NCBI GenBank assembly: GCA_951406725.2
Contig: OX597814.1
Location: 138,756,001-138,820,000, forward strand
Length of the DNA stretch: 64,000 nucleotides
Direction of reading: 5' to 3'
From: Octopus vulgaris
Lineage: Eukaryota
Positions within the stretch are counted from its first letter, which is position 1. Every line of letters starts with the position of its first letter. A model generated the notes under the pieces. It did not search any database, had not been told where the DNA came from, and saw only the letters and a program-made list of their open reading frames with translations. A program made the translations under genes and the position numbers. Below, one piece after another: positions 41,916 to 54,153 of this stretch.

Positions 41916-42350
41916 AAGGTGGCAAGTGTGCAGAATCATTACCGCGCCGGACAAAAATGGTTAGCAGCATTTCTTTCGGCTTTACGTTCTTAGTTCAAAT
42001 GTCACCGAGGTCGACTTTGCTTTTTATCCTTTGGGGTAGATAAAACAAGTATCAGTGGAACACTGGGTGGACGTAATCGATTTGACCCCTCCTACAAAAT
42101 TTCAACTCACGTGACTATAAGAAAAATATTACTTTATGATTGGCAGACTGGCAGAACCATTAACACTGTGGACGAAATGCTTACAAGCATTTTTTCCGGT
42201 TCTTAATGTTCTGAGTTCAAATTTAGCCAAAATCGAGTTTACTTTTCAGCCTTTCAGAGTGGATGAAATAAGACCAGCAGGGCACTGCAGTCGATATAAT
42301 CGACTAACCCTCTCCCCAAAATTTCAGGCCTTGTGCCTCTAGCACAAATG
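41916..42350 (+). mobile_element. Two tandem Meta-like SINE monomers
   Basis: Heads at about 41916 and 42140 with recognisable cores. Confidence 0.75.
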
Positions 42351-42356
42351 ATTATC

Positions 42357-42662
42357 AAACTGGAACTCCGTCGGTTACGACGATGAGCGTTCCATTTGAG
42401 CCAACAAACAGAACAGCCTGCTCATGAAATTAATGTGTTAATGGCTGAGCACTCCACAGACACGCGTACCCTTAATGTAGTTCTCAAGGAGATTCCGCGT
42501 GACACAGAATGTTAGCCCTTTGAATTACAGATACTCCTCATTTTTGCCAGCTGAGTGGACTGGAGCAATGTGAAATAAAGTGTCTTGCTGAAGGATATAA
42601 CGTGCCACTGCTTTTCGAACTCACAACCTTACGTTCGTGAACCGAAAATCCTAACCACTAAA
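42357..42662 (-). mobile_element. tRNA-derived CORE-like SINE
   Basis: TAGTGGTTAGG A box, GAGTTCGAA B box, CAGCAAGACACTTTATTTCACATTGCTCCAGTCCACTCAGCTG. Confidence 0.75.
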
Positions 42663-43939
42663 CCGATAATAATTATGGTAAAGATGAAGGTGATGATATC
42701 AATAATGATGCTTTTGCCTGAGATATTAACAAATGCCATTTTAAAGAAAAGCATAACCCGCTACACTTACACAGAAAAACATGTAGGGAGGTGGAGAGAC
42801 AGATACACTCCCTCTCACTCTATCTCTCTCTCTTTAACACACACACACATAGAGAATGAAAGAGAAATATGGTTGCCAAACAGCTGTTCATAAGTCACTT
42901 CACTGTTTTTGATAACAGTAATTTTTCTATGTTTCTAAACTTAGCTTTCGCAAATAACAAAATTAAATAAATATATATAAAGTAATAAACAAAAATAAGA
43001 AAACAAAGCTAGTTATACCTTGTTGTGATAGGAAGAATATTTCCATGGAAATTAAGGTGGCGTCAGTTGCATTTTAATTCCAACAGCAGTGCAATAAAGT
43101 CATTAGTTTTAGCTGTCCAGAAAAGTTAAGCACGGCCAGCAATGAAGTCGTTAATTATGTAACAGTCAACTAGAGAATAGAGCAGTTGTGGTCATGAAGA
43201 TAACTAGTTTGCCAAAAGGGAATTTAATAATACATTTTGTTAGTAGCGGAAGAAAAAACATTTCAGTGTTGGGGGGAAACTCTGACATTTAATTTCCAGC
43301 TCGTCGGCTTTCGTTTGCGAATCAGCCGCTAAAAGATGACGATAACGACAGAACGAACGGCGACGATGAAGACCACGCCTATGATAACGACGACGACGAC
43401 AACAGCGACAATGACAGGTATAGTGGCGATGATTATGATGGTCATGATCAAGAAGGAGAAGAAGAAGAAGATCATGATCATGAGGATCATGATCATGAGG
43501 ATCATGATGATGGTTGTCTCCGAAATGCTCGTCCACGCCATATTCTAACAAAGAGGGCTGAAGTCGTTGCAGTTGCCGTTGGCCAATTTTCATTCTCTTT
43601 CGACTTGATGAGGAGCAATAAAGCCATGAACCACCACCCGGTGATATTTGCTTCAATTATCCAATGAATACATTATCCCTTTATTTGTATGGCCTTTGTT
43701 ATTTAATCTCAAAACAGAATTGAGCAGCCATACGGTCAAAGGTGTTGCAACTGTCACCATCCTCTTGAATGTGTGTTTTGTGTGTGTGTGTGAGCGCGTG
43801 CGTGCGCGTGTGTGTGTGTGTATGTGTGTGTGTGCGTGGGGGTGAGTATTGTGTAACTAGATCTCCATCGGCCAACGGTGTCTTCATTTTTTAAGACAGT
43901 ACGATTTAATTTATGGGAAATTTGGTTCGATTTCATGTA

Positions 43940-44230
43940 AGCCGACTGAACTCGTAGAGGCGGACTCGCGGTCGGAGGATCGCCGTTTCGATTTCCAGAC
44001 CAGGCGTTGTTTGTGTTTATCGAGCGAAAAATCTAAAAACCTCCACGATGCTCCGGCAGAGGGTGGTGGCGACCCTTGTTGTATTATTTCGCCACAACTT
44101 TATCTCACTCTCTCTTCTTGCTTCTTGAGTAACGCGGCGATGGACTGGCGTCCCGTCCAGCTGGGGGGAACACATACGCCACAGAAACCGGGAAATTGGG
44201 CCCATGAGCTGGCTAGGCTTGAAAAGGGCA
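43940..44230 (+). mobile_element. tRNA-derived SINE (third family)
   Basis: Colinear with the minus-strand copy at 48512-48810; tail GCGATGGACTGGCGTCCCGTCCAG..GAAACCGGG. Confidence 0.7.
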
Positions 44231-44335
44231 GAAAAAAAATATATATGGGGGAGAATTCACAAAAAAACAAAAGACGAAGACAGGTGATGTAGACAACAAA
44301 CAGATGTATTAGTTTAACGCTCGGGAAGTGAAAAA

Positions 44336-44374
44336 GTCTTTAACGTTTCGAGCCTACACTCTTCCACAGAAAAG
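44336..44374 (-). ncRNA. Minimal hammerhead-like motif (variant core, Penelope-type)
   Basis: Minus strand: CTTTT CTGTGGA A GAGT-GTAG-GCTC GAAA CGTT AAAG; stem II and palindromic ACGT present, but the core deviates from CUGANGA. Confidence 0.4.
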
Positions 44375-44433
44375 AACCCAAAAAGAAACAAGGAGAGGGG
44401 AAAAAAGAATGTGTAGTGGCTAGCGATCTGTCA

Positions 44434-44478
<45 letters not shown>

Positions 44479-45323
44479 TATATATATATGTATGTATATA
44501 ACGCACGCACCCTATTAAGTAAGATTGTTCTGTTTACCAAGTTAGCCTTGATATTAACTCTCACGCGACTCTGCAGCTTTCTTTCTTTGTCTCCCATTCC
44601 CTTTTTCCTCTTTTTTCCCTCACTTAACTTGTCTCTTCCTCTCTCTCTCCCCCTCACCGTTCTTCATGGTCTCCTCGCACCATTCCCCTTCTTCTCTCTC
44701 TTCCTCTTGCTCCTCCTCCCCCATTCCCGTCGTCCATCTGCGACGATACTTCCGTCGTAACTGCTATCCTGTCTTTTCTCGCCCGCCTTCTGAGGCTACT
44801 GGTCGACATTCTTTCTCTCTCGTCGTCCACTATAATCCAGCGTTTGCAATACTTTTTTCGTCTGGCGTTAACAGCCCTTCTTATCTTGTTCTCCTTGTCC
44901 TGTCTCTCACTGTTATATATTTATTTTTCCACTGTTTATATATATATTTTTTTACTGTTTATATGTTTGTACTGTCGTTACCGTCTTGCTTTTTTTACCC
45001 CTCTGCGAAAAGATCTCAGAATTTTAATTGATTTGCTTTTCGCAGGAAGGAAGTTTTCTTCGAAGTATACGTCTCGCTTTTATCCTTCGAAACGTTTAGT
45101 AGATGAAACCTTAGCGACTGAAGAAGGGGATTTTTCGTTGTGCTTATTGTCCTGTATCTCCTTTTTTTTGCTTGTCTTGTTCCTTGGTTTGTGTCTATGT
45201 TTTTCGTCTCTCTATGTGTTCGACGTCTTTTTGGTGTCCTGTACACATATATGCGTGTATATGTACATGTAGAGGTAGGTACGTACATATATGTTTATAT
45301 ATATGCATATGTTCTATTTTATT

Positions 45324-45372
<49 letters not shown>

Positions 45373-45386
45373 GTATGTATGTGTGT

Positions 45387-45421
<35 letters not shown>

Positions 45422-46084
45422 TATATATATGTATGTATGTGTGTATATATATATATACATATATACATATATATACATATATACATATATACATATATAT
45501 ATCTATCTGTATATATATACACACATACACATGCATACTTACAGGTATGTGTACATTTTGTACGTTTCAAGCTACGTGTGCGCGTTAGTGTCACGTGACA
45601 ATGTTTATTGCGCCTAAAAAGAAAGCCGACACGGTTGAGGGAGCATGTTTAGTTACATTCAAGGCACTCCTAGTTTAATCTGTCTGGTGGGAGAGTGGAC
45701 AGGAGTCATTTGTATGTAGTGCCTAAAGTTTAAATTGTTAGCTGTGTAGGTTCATCATAAGTAACAGAATGAGTTTTGTGTGTGAATAGTTATTTGTGTA
45801 TGTATTGTGTTAAAGTTTGTTATGCCTTAGTTTGTACTTAACTTACGACGCCAAATATTATCACTTGATTCTAACACACGGATGTAGCGGGGAACCTACA
45901 AAAATTTCTAAGACCACTCATGTGACTATCCTCTACCAATCAAGTCCTATTCAAAACATATACTAATTTGAGCCATGAACCTCCCTATAAAAATAGGGAA
46001 AGCTTCAAATACTAGTCAGAAGCAATACAGCTGCGACATGAGTCACGTCTTTCTATTTCAACTTTTGAAAATCAATGTATATAT

Positions 46085-46621
46085 TTATTTCTTTATTGAC
46101 CACAGGGGGCTAAACTTAGAGGGGGGCAAACAACGACAGACAACGGGATTGAGTCGATTACATCAACCACAGTGCATAACTGGTACTTATTTAATCGACC
46201 CCTAAAGGGTGAAAAGCAACGTTGACTTCGGCGGAATTTGAACTCCGAACGTAACGGCAAACGAAATACCTATTTCTTTACTACCCACAGAGGGAACAAA
46301 CAAGGACAGACAAACGGATTAAGTCGATTACATCGACCTCGGCGGGATTTGAGCTCAGAAAACTCAGAATGTAACGGCAAACGAAATACCTATTTCTTTA
46401 CTACCCACAAGAGGCTAAACACAGAGGGAACAAACAAGGACGGACAAACGGATTAAGTCGATTACATCGACCTCAGTGCGTAACTGGTACTTAATTTATC
46501 GACCCCGAAAGGATGAAAGGCAAAGTCGACCTCGGTGGAATTTGAACTCAGAACGTAACGGCAAACGAAATACCGCTAAGCATTTCGCCCTGCGCGCTAA
46601 CGTTTCTGCCAGCTTGCCGCC
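46085..46621 (-). mobile_element. Multimeric Meta-like SINE
   Basis: One head at 46621 followed by about three, partly deleted, core/linker modules. Confidence 0.85.
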
Positions 46622-47887
46622 GTATGTATGTATATGTAAATAAACATATATTGTCGTGATATAGGTAAAGGAAGTTGAGTTTGGAAAAGTACTGTTGTGT
46701 GTGTCAATTTTGACTCTAAGATTAGTTCTATTAAAAATTGTTTTATCCTTTGATAAAAGTGGATAAAGCCAACAATAGATATAACTTCCGGTATTAACAA
46801 ATCTCCTTCACATTTCGGAGGATTTTATGATTTTCTTTTAGACTTGATATTTAACTGAAAGATTATCATTTTACAAAAACGACTAGGTATCATTCACATC
46901 GGAATGTTTCTCAGCTTTATAAAGACACGCGTCCGAATATTTTTATGTCTCTAATACAGTTTGGAATAATTATTCTATTTTTAGTACGGGAGCGAGCTAA
47001 CTGAATTTTACTGGAAGATGACATTCGTTCAATTTAATTCTCCAATACTGTGATTGGCAAATATCTTGGATAAAATTGTCTGGAACAATAAATTTCAATT
47101 CATCATGATAAAAGATATGTTCAAGGATATTTCAAAACTTTTATATTTAAATTTTATATTTAAATATCGTCGAAACATTCTGATTACAGTGGCCTACTGA
47201 CGGCAAAATAATCATTTCTTAGTGACACCTCAAATGTACTATATAAAAGTATTATATAACATTTATTTCCAAGGTCGGTCTCCATCGTGTAATCAACACA
47301 AGATTGATGAGATCCGAAATTGGGTATCGCTGTCAACATAAAATTCAATGATGCCCCCAGCGTATAGAATAACGAGTTCCCCCTAAAAATTACTTCCCGA
47401 TATGAATGGATGTCAATTTCCTAAGATATGTAATTAAAACAAAACTAACCAAAGGGAAATGGAATGTATTGAGTACCGTAGTCCTACCAGAAAAAAAAAA
47501 TCTTAATCAATTTCAATTTTCCTCTTATTTGGAGAAAGTATAAAAATAAACAGAAACTTAACATAATTCAATAGCAACTCTTAAATAATGTGAGAGATAA
47601 TTTTAATAAATCAAGAATTAAATTTGAAATATAATTATTCTCTTGTTCAAAGAAAAACCTGATATTTAATATCTAGACATTACTATTAATCATCGTTCTA
47701 AGATTCGCATGTCACGCTTGAAACTTGAATCGAGTTTCTCAATATAAACGAAACGACCTTCTCCAATTTCTTATTTGTTTTGTTGTACATTCGAAGCATT
47801 GTTATATCGCTATGACTGTCGTTTGGCTGTTTATTTGGGATTTGACTAAGTAGAAATAAAGTACTCTTACAATATTACAAACTTGTT

Positions 47888-48472
47888 AAGGCGGCGAGCT
47901 GGCAAAACGTTAGCACTCCGGGCGAAATGCGTAGCTGTATTTCGTCTGCCGTAGACGTTATGAGTTCAAATTCCGCCGAGGTCAACTTTGCCTTTCATCC
48001 TTTCGGGGTCGATTAAATAAGTACCAGTTACGCACTGGGGTCGATATAATCGACTTAATGCATTTGTCTGTCCTTGTTTGTCCCCTCTGTGTTTAGCTCC
48101 TTGTGGGTAGTAAAGAAATGGATATTTCGTCCGCCGTTACGTTCTGAGTTCAAATTCCGCCGAGGTCGACTTTGCTTTTCATCCTTTCGGGGTCGATAAA
48201 TTAAGTACCAGTTACCCCCTGGGATTGATGTAATCGTCTTAATCCATTTGTCTGTCCCTGTTTGTCCCTTCTGTGTTTAGCCCCTTGTGGGTAATGAAGA
48301 AATAGGTATTCCGTCTGTCATTACGTTCTGAGTTCAAATTCCGCCGAGGTCGACTTTGCCTTTCATCCTTTCGGGGTCGATAAATTAAGTACCAGCTGCG
48401 TACTGGGGTCGTCGACCTAATGGACTGCGCCCCCACCCTCAAAATTTCGGGTCTTGTGCCTAGAGGAGAAAA
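47888..48472 (+). mobile_element. Trimeric Meta-like SINE
   Basis: One head; cores at 47990, 48174 and 48358 (184-bp period); one tail. Confidence 0.9.
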
Positions 48473-48511
48473 TAAAATTACAAACTTGCTACAAGTTCAA
48501 GTATGCTGTTG

Positions 48512-48810
48512 TATTGTTGTCGTTTGTTCCTTCTCGAGGCATGCCTGGCTCATAAGGGCCGGTTTCCCGGTTTCATTGGCGTATAGGTTCCCCACCTGGA
48601 CGAGTATAGGTTTACCACGCCGGTCCGTCGCAGGTGAGCTGCTAGATGTAGGAGGAAAAAATGAGAGAAAGTTGTGGCGAAAGAGCCAGCAGAAGTTCGC
48701 AATTAACATCTGCCGGAGCTGCATGGAACTCATAGACACAGACATCACACGGTCTGAGATTCGAATCCACGATCCCTCGACTGCAAGTCCGCTGCTCTAA
48801 CCACTAGGTT
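48512..48810 (-). mobile_element. tRNA-derived SINE (same family as 43940-44230)
   Basis: CCTAGTGGTTAGAGC A box, GGATTCGAATC B box, shared body and tail. Confidence 0.75.
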
Positions 48811-48828
48811 AGACTCCACAGCTCAAGT

Positions 48829-48933
48829 ATGCCCGAGGCATATTCGAACCCGGAAGAAAGCCATTCACTGCATTTTTTTCATGACAAAATACAGTGAATA
48901 GATTTCCTACGGGGTCGAATATACCTCAGGCAT
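48829..48933. repeat. Imperfect inverted repeat: 48-bp arms, 9-nt loop
   Basis: 40 of 48 positions Watson-Crick, ungapped (checked base by base). Confidence 0.9.
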
Positions 48934-49264
48934 GTTCCAACTGGTAACAAGTTTGTATTTACACGCATCACTGATTTGTTCTGTCACGCTGTATTTCAAG
49001 GAAATTGTTGCTACCACACAGAGAGCGTCTATTATTGTAAGTGAAGAACGAGTTCCGGAAAACTTAGTGGTTGGGTTTTCTATTCCTGCTGGCAGTCAAT
49101 TCAATTCAGTTCACTGTTCTATCAAATTTATAATTGCAAAGTGTCTTTTCGGTTATCTATGTTAGCTTAATTTGGAAAGTAAAGGTGAAGGATTTGATAT
49201 ATTTAAAAAGCGACGGAATCAACGGATCAAATGGCTAATCATTAATGACTGCTATAATGATAAT

Positions 49265-49470
49265 TCTTTCTAATTTTGGCGCAAGACCAGCAACTTTTAA
49301 GAGAGAGAGTAAATTGATTACATCGACACCAATAATTAACTGGTACTTTATTTTATCAACCTCGAAAGGATGAAAAAGCAAAGTTGAAATTTAAGCGTAG
49401 AAGCAAAGAGACGGAAGAAATGCGACTAATCATTCTTGTTCGTCGCACAAAAGATTCTGCCAACCCGCCG
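49265..49470 (-). mobile_element. Meta-like SINE, decayed
   Basis: Plus-strand CTGGTACTTTATTTTATCAACCTCGAAAGGATGAAA is the reversed core. Confidence 0.65.
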
Positions 49471-49668
49471 AGTAATGAGGATAATGATGGAAATTTATAT
49501 AACGATGACAAAAATGATGTACATTTTGTTTTGGCGATTTTATTTTATTCCATAATTAAAATTACCTCATTAAATTTAACATGTCTGAATGATTCGGTGC
49601 ATGTACATTTAATTCAAATATAATTTGCTCCAATGCGGATGATTCGTTAATATATATATAGCTTATTT

Positions 49669-49870
49669 AAGGCGGCGAGACTGCAGAATCGTTAGCACGC
49701 CGGGCAAAATTTGATCCATCTTAACGTTTCGAGTTAAAATTCCACCGTGGTTGACTTTGCCTTGCGTCCTTCGTGGGTTCGAGAAAATAAGTACCATTTG
49801 AGTACTGTGGTCGATGTAATCGACTCACCCTTTCCCCGATATCGCTGGCATTTTACAAAAATTTGAAACG
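49669..49870 (+). mobile_element. Meta-like SINE monomer
   Basis: Head AAGGCGGCGAGACTGCAGAATCGTTAGC plus core. Confidence 0.75.
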
Positions 49871-49951
49871 AATATGTACAACTTATCCGTTATACTTAGC
49901 TTATATGTGACTATTTAGTTCATTCATCATTCAATATTATTGCCTGTGTAA

Positions 49952-50350
49952 TGCGGCGAGCTGGCAGAATCGTTAGCACACCGGGCGAAATGCTTAGCGG
50001 TTTTTCGTCTGCCGCTACGTTCTGAGTTCAAATTCCGCCGAGGTTAACTTTGCCTTTCATCCTTTCGGGGTCGATTAAATAAGTACCAGTTACGCACTGG
50101 GGTCGATATAATCGACTTAATCCGTTTGTCTGTCCTTGTTTGTCCCCTCTGTGTGTAGCTCCTTGTGGGCAGTAAAGAAATAGGTATTTCGTCTGTCTTT
50201 ACGTTCTGAGTTCAAATTCCGCCGAGGACGACTTTGCTTTTCATCCTTTCGAGATCGATAAATTAAGTACCAGTTGCTCACTGAGATCGATCTAGTCGAC
50301 TGGTCCCTCTCCCACAAAATTTCGGGCCTTGTGCCTAGAGTAGTAAAGAA
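49952..50350 (+). mobile_element. Dimeric Meta-like SINE
   Basis: Cores at 50052 and 50236 (184-bp period). Confidence 0.9.
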
Positions 50351-51085
50351 TATTATTGGTTGTGTTATACTCATATATTCAATATAAAATTTCCTAAATG
50401 GGTTAAAACAACTTATCAGAACTTTTTTCATTTGATTCATTGTTTACATGATTCAAACAACCAAGTTAAAAATTCTACTAAATTGTTTAAAAAAAAAATC
50501 AACCAATTATTCATCTGTTTAATAATTTGTCTGGACATTCGGCCTAATGAGCTTTCACTTCATTATACATCTTTTCCGGAGAAACATAATTTACTTTTCA
50601 CGTTATGCGTTCCATTATATTTCAACTGAGCGAATTTGATTTACTGAATGTACATTTTGCACGCTTATATAATTCTTCAACAACTGAGTAATTGTTAGAA
50701 TAGTTTCCTATTCCTCGATCATTGTACTATTTAAAATCTAGAGAAATAATGCTAGACATGCAGATTTATAATTGCCAAATTTAGAAAAATTAAAACATCT
50801 GACAAAAAAAATGTATTTACACGTTTACACAAATACATATATATATATATATATATAGATATATGTAATGTATAGTTCACAGATGAGATCCAGATATTTT
50901 CCATACAGAACAAGACAGTAGTGCTCAAATGATTCAAACTTTACAGGGGATCATTCCACAAGGTAAAGAAAGGTTATAAGAGGGATCAGATTGAGCGAGT
51001 ATAGAAGCAATTATGACGATAAAGAAATTGGATATGTCAAATGTATTAATTATATTAAATACGTCAAATACAAAATATGTATATA

Positions 51086-51318
51086 CATGGTTGGCCAAGA
51101 CTCACCTGACAGTAAATCAAAATCATTTAATTCCAAGATATATTTATATATGACACCTGGATGAATTTGATAATAGCATCTAAATATGAAACATTATGAA
51201 ATTGTTCAAATTGAAGTATTCTTTGAGCGACACAGTTTTCCATTCGAGTCAATACAGAATTACAGATAGTATTCATGGAATTTTGATTTACTGTCGAGTG
51301 ACTTTTGGCAAAACGAGA
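51086..51318. mobile_element. MITE with ~35-bp terminal inverted repeats
   Basis: TTGGCCAAGACTCACCTGACAGTAAATCAAAAT versus ATTTTGATTTACTGTCGAGTGACTTTTGGCAAA; left end preceded by TA; right end locally duplicated. Confidence 0.7.
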
Positions 51319-51767
51319 GACTTTTGGCAAAACGAGAGAAAACTAAAGAGGCGGAAGAAGGGTATTATAAGTCCAACAGCTGTGTGCGCGTGCGTGCGTG
51401 TGTGTGTGTGCGTGCGTGTGTGTGTGTGTGTGTGTGTGTAAATCCTTGCTATTTATATATAGATTTAGTTCATCACAAAATGTGGCCGTATGGATGCATT
51501 CAACATAGAATGAAATGAGCCTCCGTCATCAGAGTTGAGAAGACCTTACATTTCAGCTCTTAACATCTATATATTTATATACATAAATTCACATCATCTG
51601 AAAGTTTCCACATTTTGCTCTCTCTGATTTTGCATGTATACATACACATATATGTGTGTGTGTGTGCGTGTGTGTGTATGTGTGTGTAAACTCTCGCTAC
51701 ATATATATATATATATATATATATTTAAAATAGCTTATATATATATGTGTATGTATGTATATACATA

Positions 51768-51803
<36 letters not shown>

Positions 51804-51859
51804 TGTATGTATGTATGTATGTATGTATGTATACATAATATATATGTGTGTGTGTGTGT

Positions 51860-52035
51860 GTGTTTGTCCGCCCGCCCCCAACATCGCCTGACAACCGATG
51901 CTGTTTACGTCTCCGTAACTTAGCGGTTCGGCAAAAGACACCGATAGAATAAGTACTAGGCTTACAAAGAATATGTCCTGGGGGACGATTTGCTCGACAA
52001 AACGCGGTGCTTCAGCATGGCCACAGCTAAATGAC
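51860..52035 (+). mobile_element. CORE-like SINE 3' half
   Basis: Matches 53596-53787. Confidence 0.75.
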
Positions 52036-52077
52036 TGACACAGGTATAAGAATAAAAAAACATAGCGAAGGTATATA

Positions 52078-52781
<704 letters not shown>

Positions 52782-52998
52782 ACTCCATTTTTTAAAGCCT
52801 GGTTTTTTAAAAAAAAATTTGTGGAACAGCTAAGTTACGAAACGTAAGTAAACCAACGCTAGCGTCAAGTGGGGACACAGACATAAACAGACACACACAC
52901 AAACATATATATATATATATATATACACGACGGGTTTCTTTCAGTCTCCGTGTACCAAATACACACTTAAGTCTTTTGTGTCCCGAAATATTTCACAG

Positions 52999-53276
52999 GT
53001 ATTTCTAGTCATTCGAACAACAACAAAGCAGTTCCCTTGCTTCTGCTCTTGTTGGAACCCGGGTATATTTATACAAACAAACATAAAATAGGTAAACGAT
53101 TGAAATTTTAAGAGGAAAAACGAACGCAAAGACCGATAAATGCAAAAATATATTCAAAATCGCTTACATTATACAAAACCCCAAACCTCCTTAAACTAGA
53201 AACCCTAAACAAGTATTTCCCTTATGGAATTTAAATCTCAATGATAGACAATCATGCAAATTTACTGCTGTGTAAT
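52999..53276. repeat. Dispersed direct duplication, copy 1 (partner 56424-56691)
   Basis: Both start GTATTTCTAGTCATTCGAACAACAAC and stay colinear for about 270 bp. Confidence 0.9.
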
Positions 53277-53373
53277 ATTTGTATGCATGTGTGTATGTAT
53301 GTATGTATGTATGTATGTATTTAGGTATGCATGTATGTCCATAATTGTTGAGAATATATATATATATATATAT

Positions 53374-53787
53374 AGGCATAGGAGTGGCTGTGTGGTAAGT
53401 GTTTTGCTTACCAACCACATTGTTCCGGGTTCAGTCCCACTGCGTGGCAGCTTGAGCAAGAGTCTTCTACTATAGCCTCGAGACGACCTAAGCCTTGTGA
53501 GTGGATTTGGTGGACGGAAACTGAAAGAAGTCTGTCGTATATATGTATATATGTATATATATATATATATGTGTGTGTGCATGTTTGTGTGTCAGTGTTT
53601 GTCCCGCCCCCAACATCGCTTAACAACCGATGCTGGTGTGTTTAGGTCCCCTTAACTTAGCGGTTCGGCCAAAGTGACCGATACAATAAGTACTAGGTTT
53701 ACAAAGAATACGTCCTGGTGTCAATTTTCTCGACTAAAGGCGGTGCTCCAGAATGTCCACAGTCAAATGGCTGAAACAAGTAAAAGA
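53374..53787 (+). mobile_element. Full-length CORE-like tRNA SINE with internal (TA)/(TG) microsatellite
   Basis: GTGGCTGTGTGGTAAG A box, GGTTCAGTCCC B box, CORE-like CTGCGTGGCAGCTTGAGCAAG, tail ..GAAACAAGTAAAAGA; decayed relatives near 30808, 31126, 55903, 57285 and 62436. Confidence 0.85.
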
Positions 53788-54118
53788 GTATATGGAGGGA
53801 ATGCATGAGCACGTGTGAATGGAAGACACTAGTCCAGGCTATGAAGCAGTGGAACTGAATCCGGGACCGCTTGGTTATGACGAAAACTACTTACCACACA
53901 ACCACTACATAGAAATACGTTTCAAAACTGCTACAGTAAAAATGCGTGGTAACTGGGAAAAATGGAAATGCCGAAGTGGTTCACACAATACCCCATAACT
54001 GTGTGAACATAATTATGACTCTCAATTGTTAAAACATAACTATACACATACGCACTTCACATTATAAGTCCGTAGGTGATTGCATGTCCCCAAATACGAT
54101 CTCCTGTATATATATATC

Positions 54119-54153
<35 letters not shown>

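Noticed and set aside
43329-43541. Highly hydrophobic 70-aa minus-strand ORF (membrane peptide-like)
   Set aside because: Expected alternative-frame reading of GAT/GAC triplet repeats.
54068-54079. 12-mer GTCCGTAGGTGA identical to the hammerhead cleavage-site region
   Set aside because: No upstream core or further homology; too short to support.
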